A stretch of DNA of 64,000 bases. It comes from Octopus sinensis (Eukaryota). Of this stretch, positions 24,575 to 36,926 are shown in pieces (the first letter of the stretch is position 1; each line of letters opens with the position of its first letter). The stretch is from contig NC_042998.1 of NCBI RefSeq assembly GCF_006345805.1, positions 106,330,001 to 106,394,000 on the forward strand, in the 5' to 3' direction. The notes beneath the pieces were generated by a model. That model worked only from the letters and a program-made list of their open reading frames with translations, made no database searches and was not told the DNA's origin. A program made the translations under genes and the position numbers.

Positions 24575-25740
24575 CATGTAGAAAAAGCATAGGTAGAAAC
24601 TCCATAAGATGTACCCAGTGTAAGCTATGGACACATGAGGTGCAACAATATCAAAGGAAGGTTAGCCAGGAAGATAGTATTTGTGTGTGACAGATGCACG
24701 GGGTCAATAAACACCAAAGTTTTACAGAAAACAGATTCTATCACATGCCAGTGGGAAAAACTAGTAGTTGATAGATTTTGTTACTTAGGTGACCAAGTCA
24801 GTAGCCTGGATGGATGCTCTGAGAGCAGAATAAGAATAGCCTGGGCTGGGCAAAGTTCAGAGAGCTCCTACCTCTGTTTGTAACAAAGGACCTCTCGCTC
24901 AGAGTGAAAGGTAGACTGTATGATGCATGTGTGCAAACAGCCATGCTACACAGCAGTGAAATATGGGCTGTAACTGCTGAGGATATGCATAGGCTCGAAA
25001 GAAACGAAGCTAGTATGCTCTACTGGATGTGTAATGTCAATGTGCATACACAAATACACAACAGAATGTAAGCACTCTGAGGGAAAAGTTGGACATAAGA
25101 AGCATCAGATGTGGTGTGCAAGAGAGACAACTGCACTGGTATGGTCATGTGTTGTGTATGGATGAGGACAGCTCTGTGAAGAAGTGTCACACTCTAACAG
25201 TGGAGGGAACCTGTGAGAGAGGTATACCCAGGAAGACATGGGATGAGGTGATGAGGCACAACATTCCAGCGTTGGGCCTCACAGAGGTAATGACAAGCTA
25301 TTGAGACCGTTGGTGATATGGTGTGCTTGAGAAAACCTGGTAAGAGAAGTGAAGTCATAGCCATGGCTGATGCCAGTGTTGCATAAGCAGCCAGTTTAGA
25401 AGTACCCTGTGCTTGAGAAGACCTGTTGCATCAAATGAAATCATAGTCATGGTTGATACGAGAGCCGCCTGACTGGCACCCATGCTGATGGCACATAAAA
25501 AGCACCATTCAAGCATCGCTGATGCCAGTGCTAGTGGCACATAAAAAGCACCATCCAAGCAATGGTCGATGCCATTGCCACCTGACTGGTTCCCATGCTG
25601 GTGGCACATAAAAAGCACCCACTACACTCTCAGAGTGGTTGGCATTAGGAAGGGCATCCAGCTGAAGAAACACTGCCAGATCAAACTGGAGCCTGGTGCA
25701 GCCTCCTGGCTCACAAGTCCTCAGTCAAACTGTCCAACCC
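24575..25740 (+). pseudogene. RTE LINE copy 3 (PHD region to 3' UTR), frameshifted
   Basis: CRKSIGRNSIRCTQCKLWTH, FCYLGDQVS, LHWYGHVLCM, RGIPRKTWDEVM. Confidence 0.88.
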
Positions 25741-25894
25741 TTTAGTACTTCAAGATATTTTTATTTAATTTTAGTTAATATATCTGTTAAAATGAGATGT
25801 CACTATTATTTTCATTTCTGCGTAGCTTAGACGACAGTTTATTCACCGCACCCTGTATATATATGTATGTATGTATGTATATATATATATATAT

Positions 25895-26112
25895 ACCAGA
25901 GTAAACACATAAATGTGAAACAAGGTGGAAAAAAGAGTACTCAAATACCAGTGGTAGAGTAATATGCTTTATTTAAAGCAGCAGAAAATTCAACAAAACC
26001 TGTTACTCTGAGTTTCTCGTTGCCGTTCATCGGACAGTTTTTGCAAAAATGAACGGCAACGGGAAACTCAGAGTAACAGGTTTTGTTGAATTTTCTGCTG
26101 CTTTAAATAAAG
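25895..26112. mobile_element. Fold-back PLE-type element in an (AT)n tract; 64-bp inverted arms
   Basis: Arms 25967-26030 and 26049-26112. Confidence 0.72.
26000..26037 (-). ncRNA. Minimal type-I hammerhead-like motif (U4C core variant)
   Basis: CTGT-CCGATGA-ACG GCAA CGA-GAAA-CTC A GAG-TA-ACAG. Confidence 0.58.
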
Positions 26113-27318
26113 TATATATATATATATATATATATGCATACATACATATATGAAGACACACACACATATACACATATATATATATACATATGCATGTATG
26201 TATATTGTGTATATTAATACACAAACACACACACACATATGTATGTTTGTGTTTGTATAAAACGTGGCCATTCCATTGAATTGTTGTTGCAGTAAACATG
26301 TTCATGTTATGATTGTCAATTATTATAAAGTAACAATTTAAACAACTTGCAAGAAAAGTGTTGCAAAAATAACACTATTACACCAATGTAGAACTATCAA
26401 TAACTTATAATTTTATGTCTCAATTGTTAACGGGAGAGGCCAGTAAATAACATTATTTTCTCTGATCTATGTTTATTGACAAAAAATTCTGTAGTAATTG
26501 CTCCAAAATTGTTTCTATTCTCTAGTTTATATTTTGTTCTATTTCCACATTTTTTTTTTGGACACATAACCATTTATTTTATTCCTAATTGAATTCTTTT
26601 GAATTTATTGACTTTTATAAAATATAACTTATTTGGTGATAACGTATCAGTGGAAATATTTTCATTAAATGCTTTATCTATTTTTTACTTCTTTTTATAA
26701 AGAATGGTTGTAAACAAAAAAAAAAAAAAAGAAGGAAAGGTTAAAAGGAGCAAACAATGTTTTTAGCTCCAGCAGCTCATGGTACTTGAATCTTCTGGTC
26801 TATTATGAAAATGGTTTCCATGGTTTCAAAAAGAATAAACACAACAAAGATACATGGTGTTGCTAAAGTGTCCCAGTCACAGTTATATCATCTAAATGTA
26901 AGATAAACTCAAAGAGATAACAGATTTATCTTTGAAAACAAGATGTCAGCACAAATCATCATTGTTATCATCATCAGCATCATCATTCTCCTCCTCCTTA
27001 TCATCATCATCATCATTTCTACATCTCCTTTTCTGTGCCTCTCTCTTTGTGTCAGATGGTATTCTTTGAGGCAGATTTTCTGAGGCCAAATACTCTTCCT
27101 ATCACTAGCCCTTACCTGTTTCCAAGTGAACGATTATTTTCCTGGAGTATGGATGTGTTTTCGCAGGAAAACAGAAAATTGTAAACAAACATCACTACTT
27201 TTGTGACCATAACGTCTGTTTACAATCAGTGCACAATATCAAGATGTATGTATGTATGTATGTATATCATTATTCAGAATTATTTCAAGATCTTTTTCAA
27301 CAGAGAAAAAGCCAGTTT

Positions 27319-27719
27319 CGGATCTTTTTGGTTTGAACGGTAGTTTTTTAAAATAATTTCCACGTAACTAAACACTTTTAAACTTCGTGTACTGGTAGAA
27401 TGTGTTTATAAAACATCTTTTTCTCTTGGCTTTATTAAGAAAATTCTATAATTTGTAAGATATTTGTTGTTGTTTTTTCTTCAATTTCTGCAATTTCAAC
27501 CAATCAATGATGTCTATTTGAGGTGAATATGTCCCTCGTTTAAGAAACAGATTGGGTTTATTTACATTTCTGAAGAAAAAAGATACCCTTCCCCCCACCC
27601 CTAACCCTAACCCTAAAACAGATTGAAATGCAATAGATCAATACTAGGGTCATAATTATGGGTGACAATTTCATATGACACCACAAGAAAAAACTGCTGT
27701 TCAAACTGAAAAAATCCCC
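27319..27719. mobile_element. MITE with ~30-bp TIRs and internal CCCTAA repeats (copy A)
   Basis: GGATCTTTTTGGTTTGAACGGTAGTTTTT ... AAAAACTGCTGTTCAAACTGAAAAAATCC; homologous to 38182-38599. Confidence 0.82.
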
Positions 27720-28169
27720 AGTTTCTAACCTAGATCCAAGGTATGTATGTATTGGCTCTGTTCAATGAGTTGAGAAGTTGTAGATAGGAATTCAGTTTGC
27801 TTTACTCAGTGCAAACTATGGTCACATAGGAAATGCAGTAGAATTACAGGAAGATTAACACAGAGTGGTTAATGCACAGGACCAAGAAAGCACTAAGACT
27901 ACTCAGGAAATATATTTTCTTGAATGCCCAGAAGGATCCTTGGTGGTATTAGATAGTTTCAGTTACTAAGGTTACCTAATTAGCAGTGGAAGAGTATGTT
28001 CTGAAAATATAGTTGCTAGAATAAAAATTGGCTGGAGAAAGATCTCACATATCCGTTTTTAATATCAACAGACTGTACGCCTTTGTAATTTTCATATCTC
28101 ACAAAGTATGTCAATTTATTGGAGATTCTGACAATTGTGATACAATAAATCACTGAAATGAAATCTACA

Positions 28170-28390
28170 TTAACATTTTAGCTTTCAGATTATTCTGTGA
28201 AATGTAATTCTTATTTATTCACATTGTGTAGAATTAATCATGCATTATCTTGTAGTTTTAAGATTTCAAAGGTGCAACTGTTTATTTTTAGAATGACATT
28301 GTAGGGTGGGTGTGAGAAGTTGGATCTGACCAGTGTGAACATGAAACAGGTGGAATATTTGAGCCAGATATAGCCAGTTTAAATGATAAC
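28170..28390. mobile_element. Diverged piggyBac-type MITE; related copy at about 45770-45945
   Basis: Shared internal sequence ATTATTCTGT.AAATGTAAT.CTTATTTATTCA.ATTG between the two loci. Confidence 0.55.
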
Positions 28391-28564
28391 AAGTTAACCC
28401 TGTGAGCTCATAAATATCCATCTGAATTCCTGGATCAGTATTTTCATTAAAACTCTTAGCTAAAGAATGCATTTATAGGCAGTGTTATCTGAACTGTATA
28501 TGAAAAATCCAGTTAGGGATGCCTTTATTTATAGAATAATATCAACCAATATAAGATACAGACT

Positions 28565-28741
28565 ATCATCATCATCATCATCATTTAACGTCCGTTTTTC
28601 ATGCTAGCATGGGTTGGATGGTTTTGACTGAGGGCTGGCAATCAGATAGCTGCACCAGGCTCCAATCTTGATCTGGCAGAGTTTCTACAGCTGGATGCCC
28701 TTCCTAACGCCAACCACTCCGAGAGTGTAGTGGGTGCTTTG
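28565..28741 (-). mobile_element. 5'-truncated RTE 3' end
   Basis: (ATC)n followed by TTTAACGTCCGTTTTTCATGCTAGCATGGGTTGG. Confidence 0.88.
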
Positions 28742-30112
28742 AAATACTGGACTTGGAAACAAGTGTCACAAACCAGGGAATTAAACATAATTCTAAAGCA
28801 CATTAGCCTTTACATCATTTGTAACTGTTAAAAAAGAGACACCCAGAAAAAAACTACTTAACCAGCTGCTTCACAGAAATTTTCATTTGTGATGAGTATA
28901 GAAAATATCCAACAAGAAATTAAATATGTTATAAAGTTAAGAAAACAGGCCCTTTTTTCTCTCAGGTGTGCAAATCACATAATAAACCAATAGGATTCCT
29001 TTATAACCAGATTATAAACTAATCTTCAGTGCATTAAATTCTTCAGCTTTGAATTTCCAGCGTTATTGGAATATCCTTTATCTTATCCGCTCATTAATAT
29101 TGTAATTAACAATTTCTCAATGCAAGTTTGAATTGGTTGTGGAAGCACTGACAACTTTATCAAAGCTGATATTATTAAATGGAATGGTTATATCATTTAA
29201 ACCATTAAAAGGCACCATTGGTGTCAACACAACTTACTTCCTCAAATCCAGGAATATGTGGAAGTCATTGGTCAATATGCTGAAAAGTTGAACAAACAGC
29301 AGTCACTTGTTAGTTATAAACAATTTCTACTCATTATATGCTGTAACATGAAACCTTCTTTACCTTTTAAAATACAAATTAAAATAATCTCAAAAAAAAT
29401 TAAATAATCTCAAAGTAAATTAAAACAATCTAAAAACAAATTGACGAAACTGTGAAACAGTGCAGTAGTAAGCTTAACTCCAGATATTGAGTCTCACAGA
29501 GAAGACAAAGGACCAAAATGATAAGTGTTCCACTGTTCTTTAGAAGACTTGTCTGTCACACAGAAAATGAAGTTGTAAAAGCACTAGGTTTATGTCTAAA
29601 TGCTCACTGGACCCTGCCCCAGCAGCCAATCAATACCCATTGAGCTTTCTCCTCCTCACATCTTTCCTAACACTCATCTCTCCACCATTCTTCTAACAAT
29701 GGCACTGTTCAGCTGTTGCAATCTTATGACAGCAGATATTTCTTCTTCTTTGAGTTACTAGTTACCTTCTCCTCTCCCTAGAGCCACTTTTTTTAACATA
29801 CATCTCTCATTCTCAACATTATCCTTTATTCTCCACTATTCGCCCCTTTCTGTGCTTGCAGTATCTCTCCTTCTTTAGGGCTGCCTTATCTTATCTTTGA
29901 TGCCCTCTCATATCTGCTATTAATATAATTTCCAACACCTACTCATACCTGCCTTCAATGCTCCTCCACCATCCTTGTCCTCCCTGCTAACTATAGTCAC
30001 CACTACACACCTCTGATCTCTATATCTGTCCCTGCACATTTGTCTCCCCCTTTTTCTTTCTCTTCCTTCTCCTAACTCATGCATCACCTCCTGATTTTCT
30101 TACCTATCTAAG

Positions 30113-30331
30113 CAGTGCTTTTCAACATTTTTGCTGGAGCGGAACCCCAAGGAAACATTCCACTGGCTCCAGGAACCCCTGTGCAATAATTTAATAGTCT
30201 TATGCACACATATCTGCACAGGAGAATTAAAAATTACTGCCAATTTTAGCAGTTTTGTAACTTCTTGCGGAACCCCTGGACTGTACTGGCGGAACCCTAA
30301 GGTTCCGCGGAACCCTGGTTGAAAACCACTG
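30113..30331. mobile_element. hAT (Charlie-like) MITE
   Basis: TIRs CAGTGCTTTTCAAC / GTTGAAAACCACTG; flanks ATCTAAG and ATCTACAG resemble an 8-bp TSD with one deletion. Confidence 0.8.
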
Positions 30332-31002
30332 ATCTACAGGCTTTCTCTAGATTTAAAAGAGATTTAAAAGCATACCGGTTTCATGAATTTACTAATCATT
30401 GCTTTGAATGCACTCTGATTAATGAACAGTGTCAGGTCTATTAGTCCCTGAGAAAAAAGATTATGTGTAAGGGAGGTAAGTAGTTCTGGATGATGATGGC
30501 AGTGGCGATGATGCTGGTGGTGGTGGTGGTGGTACATATATGTGTATGTGCACGCGCGTGTGTGTGTGTGTGCATGCGTGTTTGATGGCGATCTTTCAGT
30601 TTCCACCTACCAAATTCACAGACAAGACTTTGGTCAGCCTGGTGCTAAAGTAGTAAAGGAGAAAATACTAGGATGTTGTGTAGATCTATATCTGCTCTAA
30701 TTGCACCGAATCCAGAACTACTTAACTCTCTTATACATAATCTTTTTTCTCAGAGACTAATAGATCTGACACCATTCATTAATCAGTGTGCATTGAAAGC
30801 AATGATTAGTAATTTACGAAACTGGTATGCTTTTAAATCTCTTAAACAATTCACAATAATGACTTTTATTGCTTTTATTCCTACCTCAGTTCATCTAATT
30901 GTATGTATCTTTCGTTACTTTTCATAAAAAGCCTTTACTTTTTTTGATTTCCAATGTGCATTTTCACTTCTTTTTCTTCTTACTTTCCTCCTACATACAT
31001 AT

Positions 31003-31384
31003 ATCATCATCATCATCATCATTTAGCGTCCGCTTTCCATGCTAGCATGGGTTGGACGGTTCAACTGGGATCTGTGAAGCCAGAAGGCTGCATCAGGCCC
31101 AGTCTGATCTGGCAGTGTTTCTACGGCTGGATGCCCTTCCTAACGCCAACCACTCCATGAGTGTAGTGGGTGCTTTTTACGTGCCACCCGCACAGGTGCC
31201 AGACGGAGCTGGCAAACGGCCACGGATGGATGGTGCTTTTCACGTGTCACCGGCACAGGAGCCAGGCGAGGCTGGCAACGGCCACGATCGGATGGTGCTT
31301 TTTACGTACCACCGGCATGGGGTCCAGGCAAGGCTGGCAACGGCCACGAACGGATGGTGCTTTTACGTGCCACCGGCACGGGGG
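31003..31384 (-). mobile_element. 5'-truncated RTE 3' end with four UTR modules
   Basis: (ATC)n tail and repeated GGATGGTGCTTTTACGTG.CACCGGCAC. Confidence 0.88.
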
Positions 31385-32189
31385 CCATATATATATATAT
31401 ATAATTATATCATTGTATGTCTAGTGTGTGTGAGTGTGTACGCGTGCATGAGTGTGTGTGTGTCCTTGACATCACATGATAGTTGTCAATGAGTGTCATT
31501 GTTATATAAGTCATCCATTTCCAGTATCCTGCAAGGATATCTTTGGTTAAAGGGAAAAATTACTTTACTTGGAAGCAGGTGAGGTTTAATAACAGTAAGG
31601 GCATCCAGTTATTAGAAAATCTGCCTCAAATAAACTCCATCTGATTCATACAAGTATGGAAAAGTAGACACTAAAATGATGATGGTGGTGGTGGTGTGAT
31701 GATGATGATGGTGGCAATGGTGGTGGTACATATGTGTATGTGCATGCACATGTGTGTGTGTGTGCATGCATGTGTGTTTGATGGGGATCTTTCAGTTTCC
31801 ACCTACCAAATTCACAGACAAGACTTTGATCAGCCTGGTGCTATAGCAGTAACGGAGAAAATACTAGGATGTTGTGCAGTGGGGTTGAATCTGAAACTCC
31901 ACAGTTGGGAATCGAAGGATTGCAAGGCTGTGTGTTACAGAACACAATTGTTCGATAGAATTTTATCCAGAATGATGTAGGCAGAAGTTGCCATTGCTGC
32001 TGCTGACATGTAAGAGGCAGCGTTATGATGAGAGGCTACTGAATGTAGAGATTGCATGAGCTAAAGAAGTGCTACATCATGATGACCCTACAGAGGAACC
32101 AAGAATTTGGGTTTGCAGCAGAGAGGTAGATAAAGAAATAAACTGCTGGATGACATTTTCCAGATTGACACTCAAACATTTACTAACAT

Positions 32190-33190
32190 AATCAAGTACA
32201 CAAATGATTATCGGTTAAAAAAATGAATTTATAATCAGGGTGGTGGAGTGGCTGGTCTTGAAGCAGCTGGCTATAAATATTCTTCAAGCTGATTTTGGTA
32301 GACATGTCCACACTTGCAGAGCTGCAAACCTCTGTGATTGGACATGACTTATGTTTTCTGTATGAGATAACTATATCAGGCTTTTTATGTTTATACTTGG
32401 TAGAGTTTTGATGGAAATGTTCCTTGTGCTGATATGTATGTAAGTGCAAATGTGTGTGTGTCTCTTCTATTTTTTTAATTATTATATATCTTCCACTGAG
32501 GAGGGAACCAGTTTCCAACAAAGATACAAGGCTCCAGCTTTGGGATGTAGTTAATACAGAGAAATTCACATTTGGAACTTGAGAAAAGTCTTGCATATTT
32601 TTACTATTCCACTCACAGATTTCACTCGTAATGTACAAATTAGCCAGTCAGTTTCTCTTTCTGAAAATTTCAGTTTATCCAGATTCTCCTTTAAGCATTT
32701 ACTAACAAAACCTAGTCCTCCAATTATTATTAGTATGAATATGAATTCATATTCTGGATATTGAAGCTTGAGGGTTCGAAACAGTTGTCCATAGATATCC
32801 TCTTTTCCTTTGATTTTCAAAGAGTTATTTATATCTGCAGGGCAGCTGACCTCTATGATGGTGCACATCTTTGCCCCTCTCTCCTAAACAACAATATCCG
32901 ACCTGTTATGTTTACATTTGACAGAAGTTTTGATGGGAATAATCCACCAGTATTCCTTGAGTTGGTGTTTATGAACGTATTCCATAACAGAGGGATTTTC
33001 TAAGTTTATTTCAGGGCAGTCTTTTTTTGCAGATGGCGCTGTAAATTGTTTAAGCAACAGCATCATGCCGCATAGGGAGGTAGTACCATGCATATATGTG
33101 TCAATGTATGTTTTTCTTTGAGAATTAAGGTCTTCTTAATGGAGTTCAGGTTGATAACTAACAAGATGACAAGACCTTTTGAGTTAAAAC
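32190..33190 (-). pseudogene. Two tandem C-terminal fragments of an RLE-endonuclease (R4/Dong-like) non-LTR element
   Basis: EYWWIIPIKTSVKCKHNRSDIVV*ERGAKMCTIIEVSCPAD...KEDIY...IIIGGLG (one frame with a nonsense codon); second copy KHKKPDIVIS...ITEV. Confidence 0.8.
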
Positions 33191-33227
33191 TGTTCCTATG
33201 GTTTGTAAATATGTGGTTGAGTTAGAG

Positions 33228-33252
<25 letters not shown>

Positions 33253-33259
<7 letters not shown>

Positions 33260-33471
33260 CAAAATGGGACTAGAACGCAAAGCATCCAGATAGACAATAC
33301 AAAAAACATGGATGGGTCATTCGAAGCCTTTAAAATTCAGTCAAGAACCAGATCGCCAAAATTCAGAGGATGATTCAGTTTTTGACTGAAGATTAAAGGC
33401 TTCGAATGACTCGTCCGTGTTTTTCGTATCGTCTATCTGGATGTTTTGTGTTCTTGTCCCATTTTGTATTT

Positions 33472-33472
<1 letters not shown>
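33253..33472. repeat. Fold-back element in an (AT)n tract, ~91-bp inverted arms
   Basis: Arms 33253-33344 and 33382-33472. Confidence 0.85.
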
Positions 33473-33519
<47 letters not shown>

Positions 33520-35151
33520 GTGTATGCTTCTGCATGTCCCATTATTACTTGGGTGTCTGTGCATGTATGTGTGTGCCTCATGACTTTTTACATATGTATT
33601 TTTGTTGATATACACAACCAAGTCATCATCATCATCATTTTTCAACATCCGTTCTGCATGCTGGTATGGGCTGGACAGTTTGACAGGAACTGGCCAACTG
33701 CCCAGGTTTCATCTTGTCTATTTTGGCATGGTCTCTATGACTGGATGCCCTTCCTAAAACCAGAGTGTAGTGGGTGCTTTTATGAGGTACCAGCACAGAC
33801 ACTTTTACATAGTACCAGCATAGACACCTGCATGTAGTACCAGTGCAGGCACTGTTATGTGGCACTGGCACAATGCACTTTTACTTGGCACTGACATGGG
33901 TACTCTTACATGGCACCAGCACCCACAAGCCTAGGATCTCTTAGCTGTGAGAGGGATGTAGTGGACATACCTGTATGTGTATACATAGACAGCAACAATT
34001 TTATTTAGCTTAAAGAATTTCAAATGAATAATCTTAGATATGACTAACAAATTTTCACTGTGTTGCTGATAGATTTGATTCTAACGTTGCCTATTAGTTT
34101 TGCTCGCTCTTCCTTAGAAAATCCTAACATTTTAAAGTTTATATATATCCTTAATGATACATATATCCCTGATGTATATCCTTAATAATAAATATATCCC
34201 TGATGTATAACCTTAATGATACATATCTCCCTGAGCACAATCTCAAGCTCTCTCAAAGCTGTTAATCGCCTCATCTATGGAATGAAGGCCATATTTAAAA
34301 TAGTAAGAAGTCCTGTGCTAAACTCATATGATTTCATGTATATATTATAGTATATACATATGTGGTAGCATCATGTACTTATATATTTACAAATAACAGA
34401 ACGGAAGAGGGAAAAAATAGAACGATTTGGTAAAGGTAATTTTTTTTATGAAGCCGTCTACAGTCGCTTGTAACAGGGGGAGTAACTTCCCTTAAAATTA
34501 TTGGCCCAGGTCAAATGGTCTACTTACCTCCCCACCTCTTTCTGACCTGTATATATGAATACACACGCACACACCAATAATACACACATGGAACAAGCAC
34601 ATACATGCATAAACATTAGATTCACACACTCACATTGAAGTTAAAAATTAATGCAAATACATACTCCATAACTACGTTTTCTTATTGAAACATTAGCCAT
34701 GTACACCTTACATTTCATCCCTAACGTCTCAAATAAAATATGCATATGTGGAACAATATTGTCTTTGAAGTACAAAATGCGGGATGGCCACGACTGGAAT
34801 GCCTTGATCATGGTTCTATTAGGTCAGGGTTAACCTAGAGCCCCAACAACACCAAAATCCAAATTTACGCTGAAACACAACAGACGCACGCACACACTCA
34901 CATATATATAGTGTAAACAAACATGTATATAGAGAAACAAAACTCTTACGTACACACATCTATAATTAGATTTCTCTTCTTCCAGTCATAAAATTTATTT
35001 CACTGTTGGAAGTATTTGTATTCTTATTTTCTGCCGATGCAGAGCCCTAGTTTCCTTGGATTTTTACTGTTTTAATTTCATATAATTAGACTGGGTTGCG
35101 CCAAGTAACTCATTCACATCACATCCAATACACATTCACACACACACACGC

Positions 35152-35211
<60 letters not shown>

Positions 35212-35379
35212 GCATACAAGAATCATATGTGGGAAAACATACACATATGTGCGTGTTTTCGGAGATCTTGGAAATGTTTCTTGCGGAAATCTAGTTGCCG
35301 AGGAATTTTTTTAGAATAACCAGTTGAAAAATAAACTGGCTGGAGAAGAATCGTTACAAAAAAGTACAGGAGAAAGCGA

Positions 35380-36905
35380 AGCCTCAGAGAGATTTATTAT
35401 GAGAGAGAAACAATATTAGACAGAAGGGTTTAGTAGGAACATTGCGGTCAGAGGAAGGGGGGAAACATGTCAGAGAGAGAAAAATAGAAAGAGGTCTAGT
35501 GAGAGTATTACGATTAGAGAAACGGGGGGGAGAAATGATGTCAGAGTGCGCGCACGATGTATGCGTGTAATTGTGTTTGTGTGTGTGTGAGCGAGCGAGG
35601 GAGAGAGGTAATGTAAGAGTAACAAAGAAAAAGTTATAACGAGAGTTATAGCTAGAGAGAGAAAAATAGCAAGGGAGAGTTACAGGAAGAGGGAGAGAGT
35701 TACAGTAAGACAGAGGGAGAGAGAGAGAGACAGACGAAAGATAGTGAAAGAGAAAATTTACTATAGAAGTGACAGAGAGAGTGTTCCTGTGAATATAAGA
35801 GCGAGTAAGAGAGGGTAGTGACAGAGAAGAGAGAGAGAGAGAAAGTAGATCAGTGACAAAGTAAATTCTATCAGAGAGAAGCAGATTAGAGAGACAGAAA
35901 GATATATAGAAAGAAAAAGAGAATAAGTTGGTGAAATTTAACAAAGAAGCAGAAGATAAAGCTGTTTAACCCCAGGTCAGCACTGACTGAGCAGACAAAT
36001 AACCAGGCATTCCATTCATGACAATCCCGTATTATTATTTTTTTTAACTACATAATCCAATGTTTTTTTACACCGTTGGGTATGTATAGGTTGGGTAGAT
36101 TTGGCTGTTATTTCTTGCAAGACGAGCGACATCATGTTTGTGTGCATAATTGGACAAATATAGCATTTTGAAAGAGTGAAAGAATGAATGAGTGAAAAAT
36201 GAAAAAAAAAGAAGAAATGTGATAAAAATGTAAAGAGAGAAAAAGTAAATAGACTTAAAAAGACGGCGAGTCAAAGAAAGAAAAGAAAAAGAGGAGACAA
36301 AAATAACAAATGTTATAGCATAAAGTAAAAGACAAAATAAGAAGGGAAAGAAAAAGAAATAAAATATATTGCAGTCAAAAAGATAAGAGAGAGAAAGAAA
36401 GAAATAGAGAGAGAGATAAGGAGAAGGAGAGAAGACTACAACAATGAGGTGATGGAAGTGAAGATAGAAAGAACAGCGGATCATATAACAACCAATAACA
36501 GCAGAGACGGGCGATAAGAGGAGGAGGAAGGGGAGGAGATAGAACAAAGGAGGAGAGGAGATGAGAGAAAAACAGAACGAGAAAGAAAAAACGAAAATGA
36601 AACCGGAGGAATGACTTGAAAGGAGGAAGCGGAGGTCGAGAGAAAGAATGAGAACGTTAAAGGAGGAGAAGGGAAAGGAGCTAGGAAATAAGAACGAAAG
36701 TCGAGGGTGGGGAGAAAGATAGCTATAAGTGGGGGAAAAAAAAGCTATAGTTATAAAGACAAGGAGGAGGAGAGCGATAGCTATAAAGAGGAGGTGGTGG
36801 AGGAAAGCAATAGTTATAAAGTGGAGGAGGAAAGCGATAACTATAAAGAGGAGATGGCGGAAGATTGCGATAGCTATAGAGGGGAGGAGAAGGAGGAGAG
36901 TGAAC
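35380..36905 (+). repeat. ~1.5-kb purine-rich (GA) low-complexity tract
   Basis: Strong strand asymmetry of A and G. Confidence 0.85.
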
Positions 36906-36906
36906 T

Positions 36907-36926
36907 AAAATGGTAGCCGCCATTTT
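36907..36926. promoter_or_regulatory. Candidate YY1-type promoter element (AAAATGG-TAGCCG-CCATTTT)
   Basis: GCCGCCATTTT consensus at 36916-36926 in a locally CpG-retaining region. Confidence 0.4.

Noticed and set aside
27590-27620. CCCTAA repeats as a telomere remnant
   Set aside because: Only 2-3 units, internal to a MITE that recurs at 38.5 kb
35384-36547. Hydrophobic Leu/Phe/Ser ORFs resembling membrane proteins
   Set aside because: Antisense translation of the GA-rich tract
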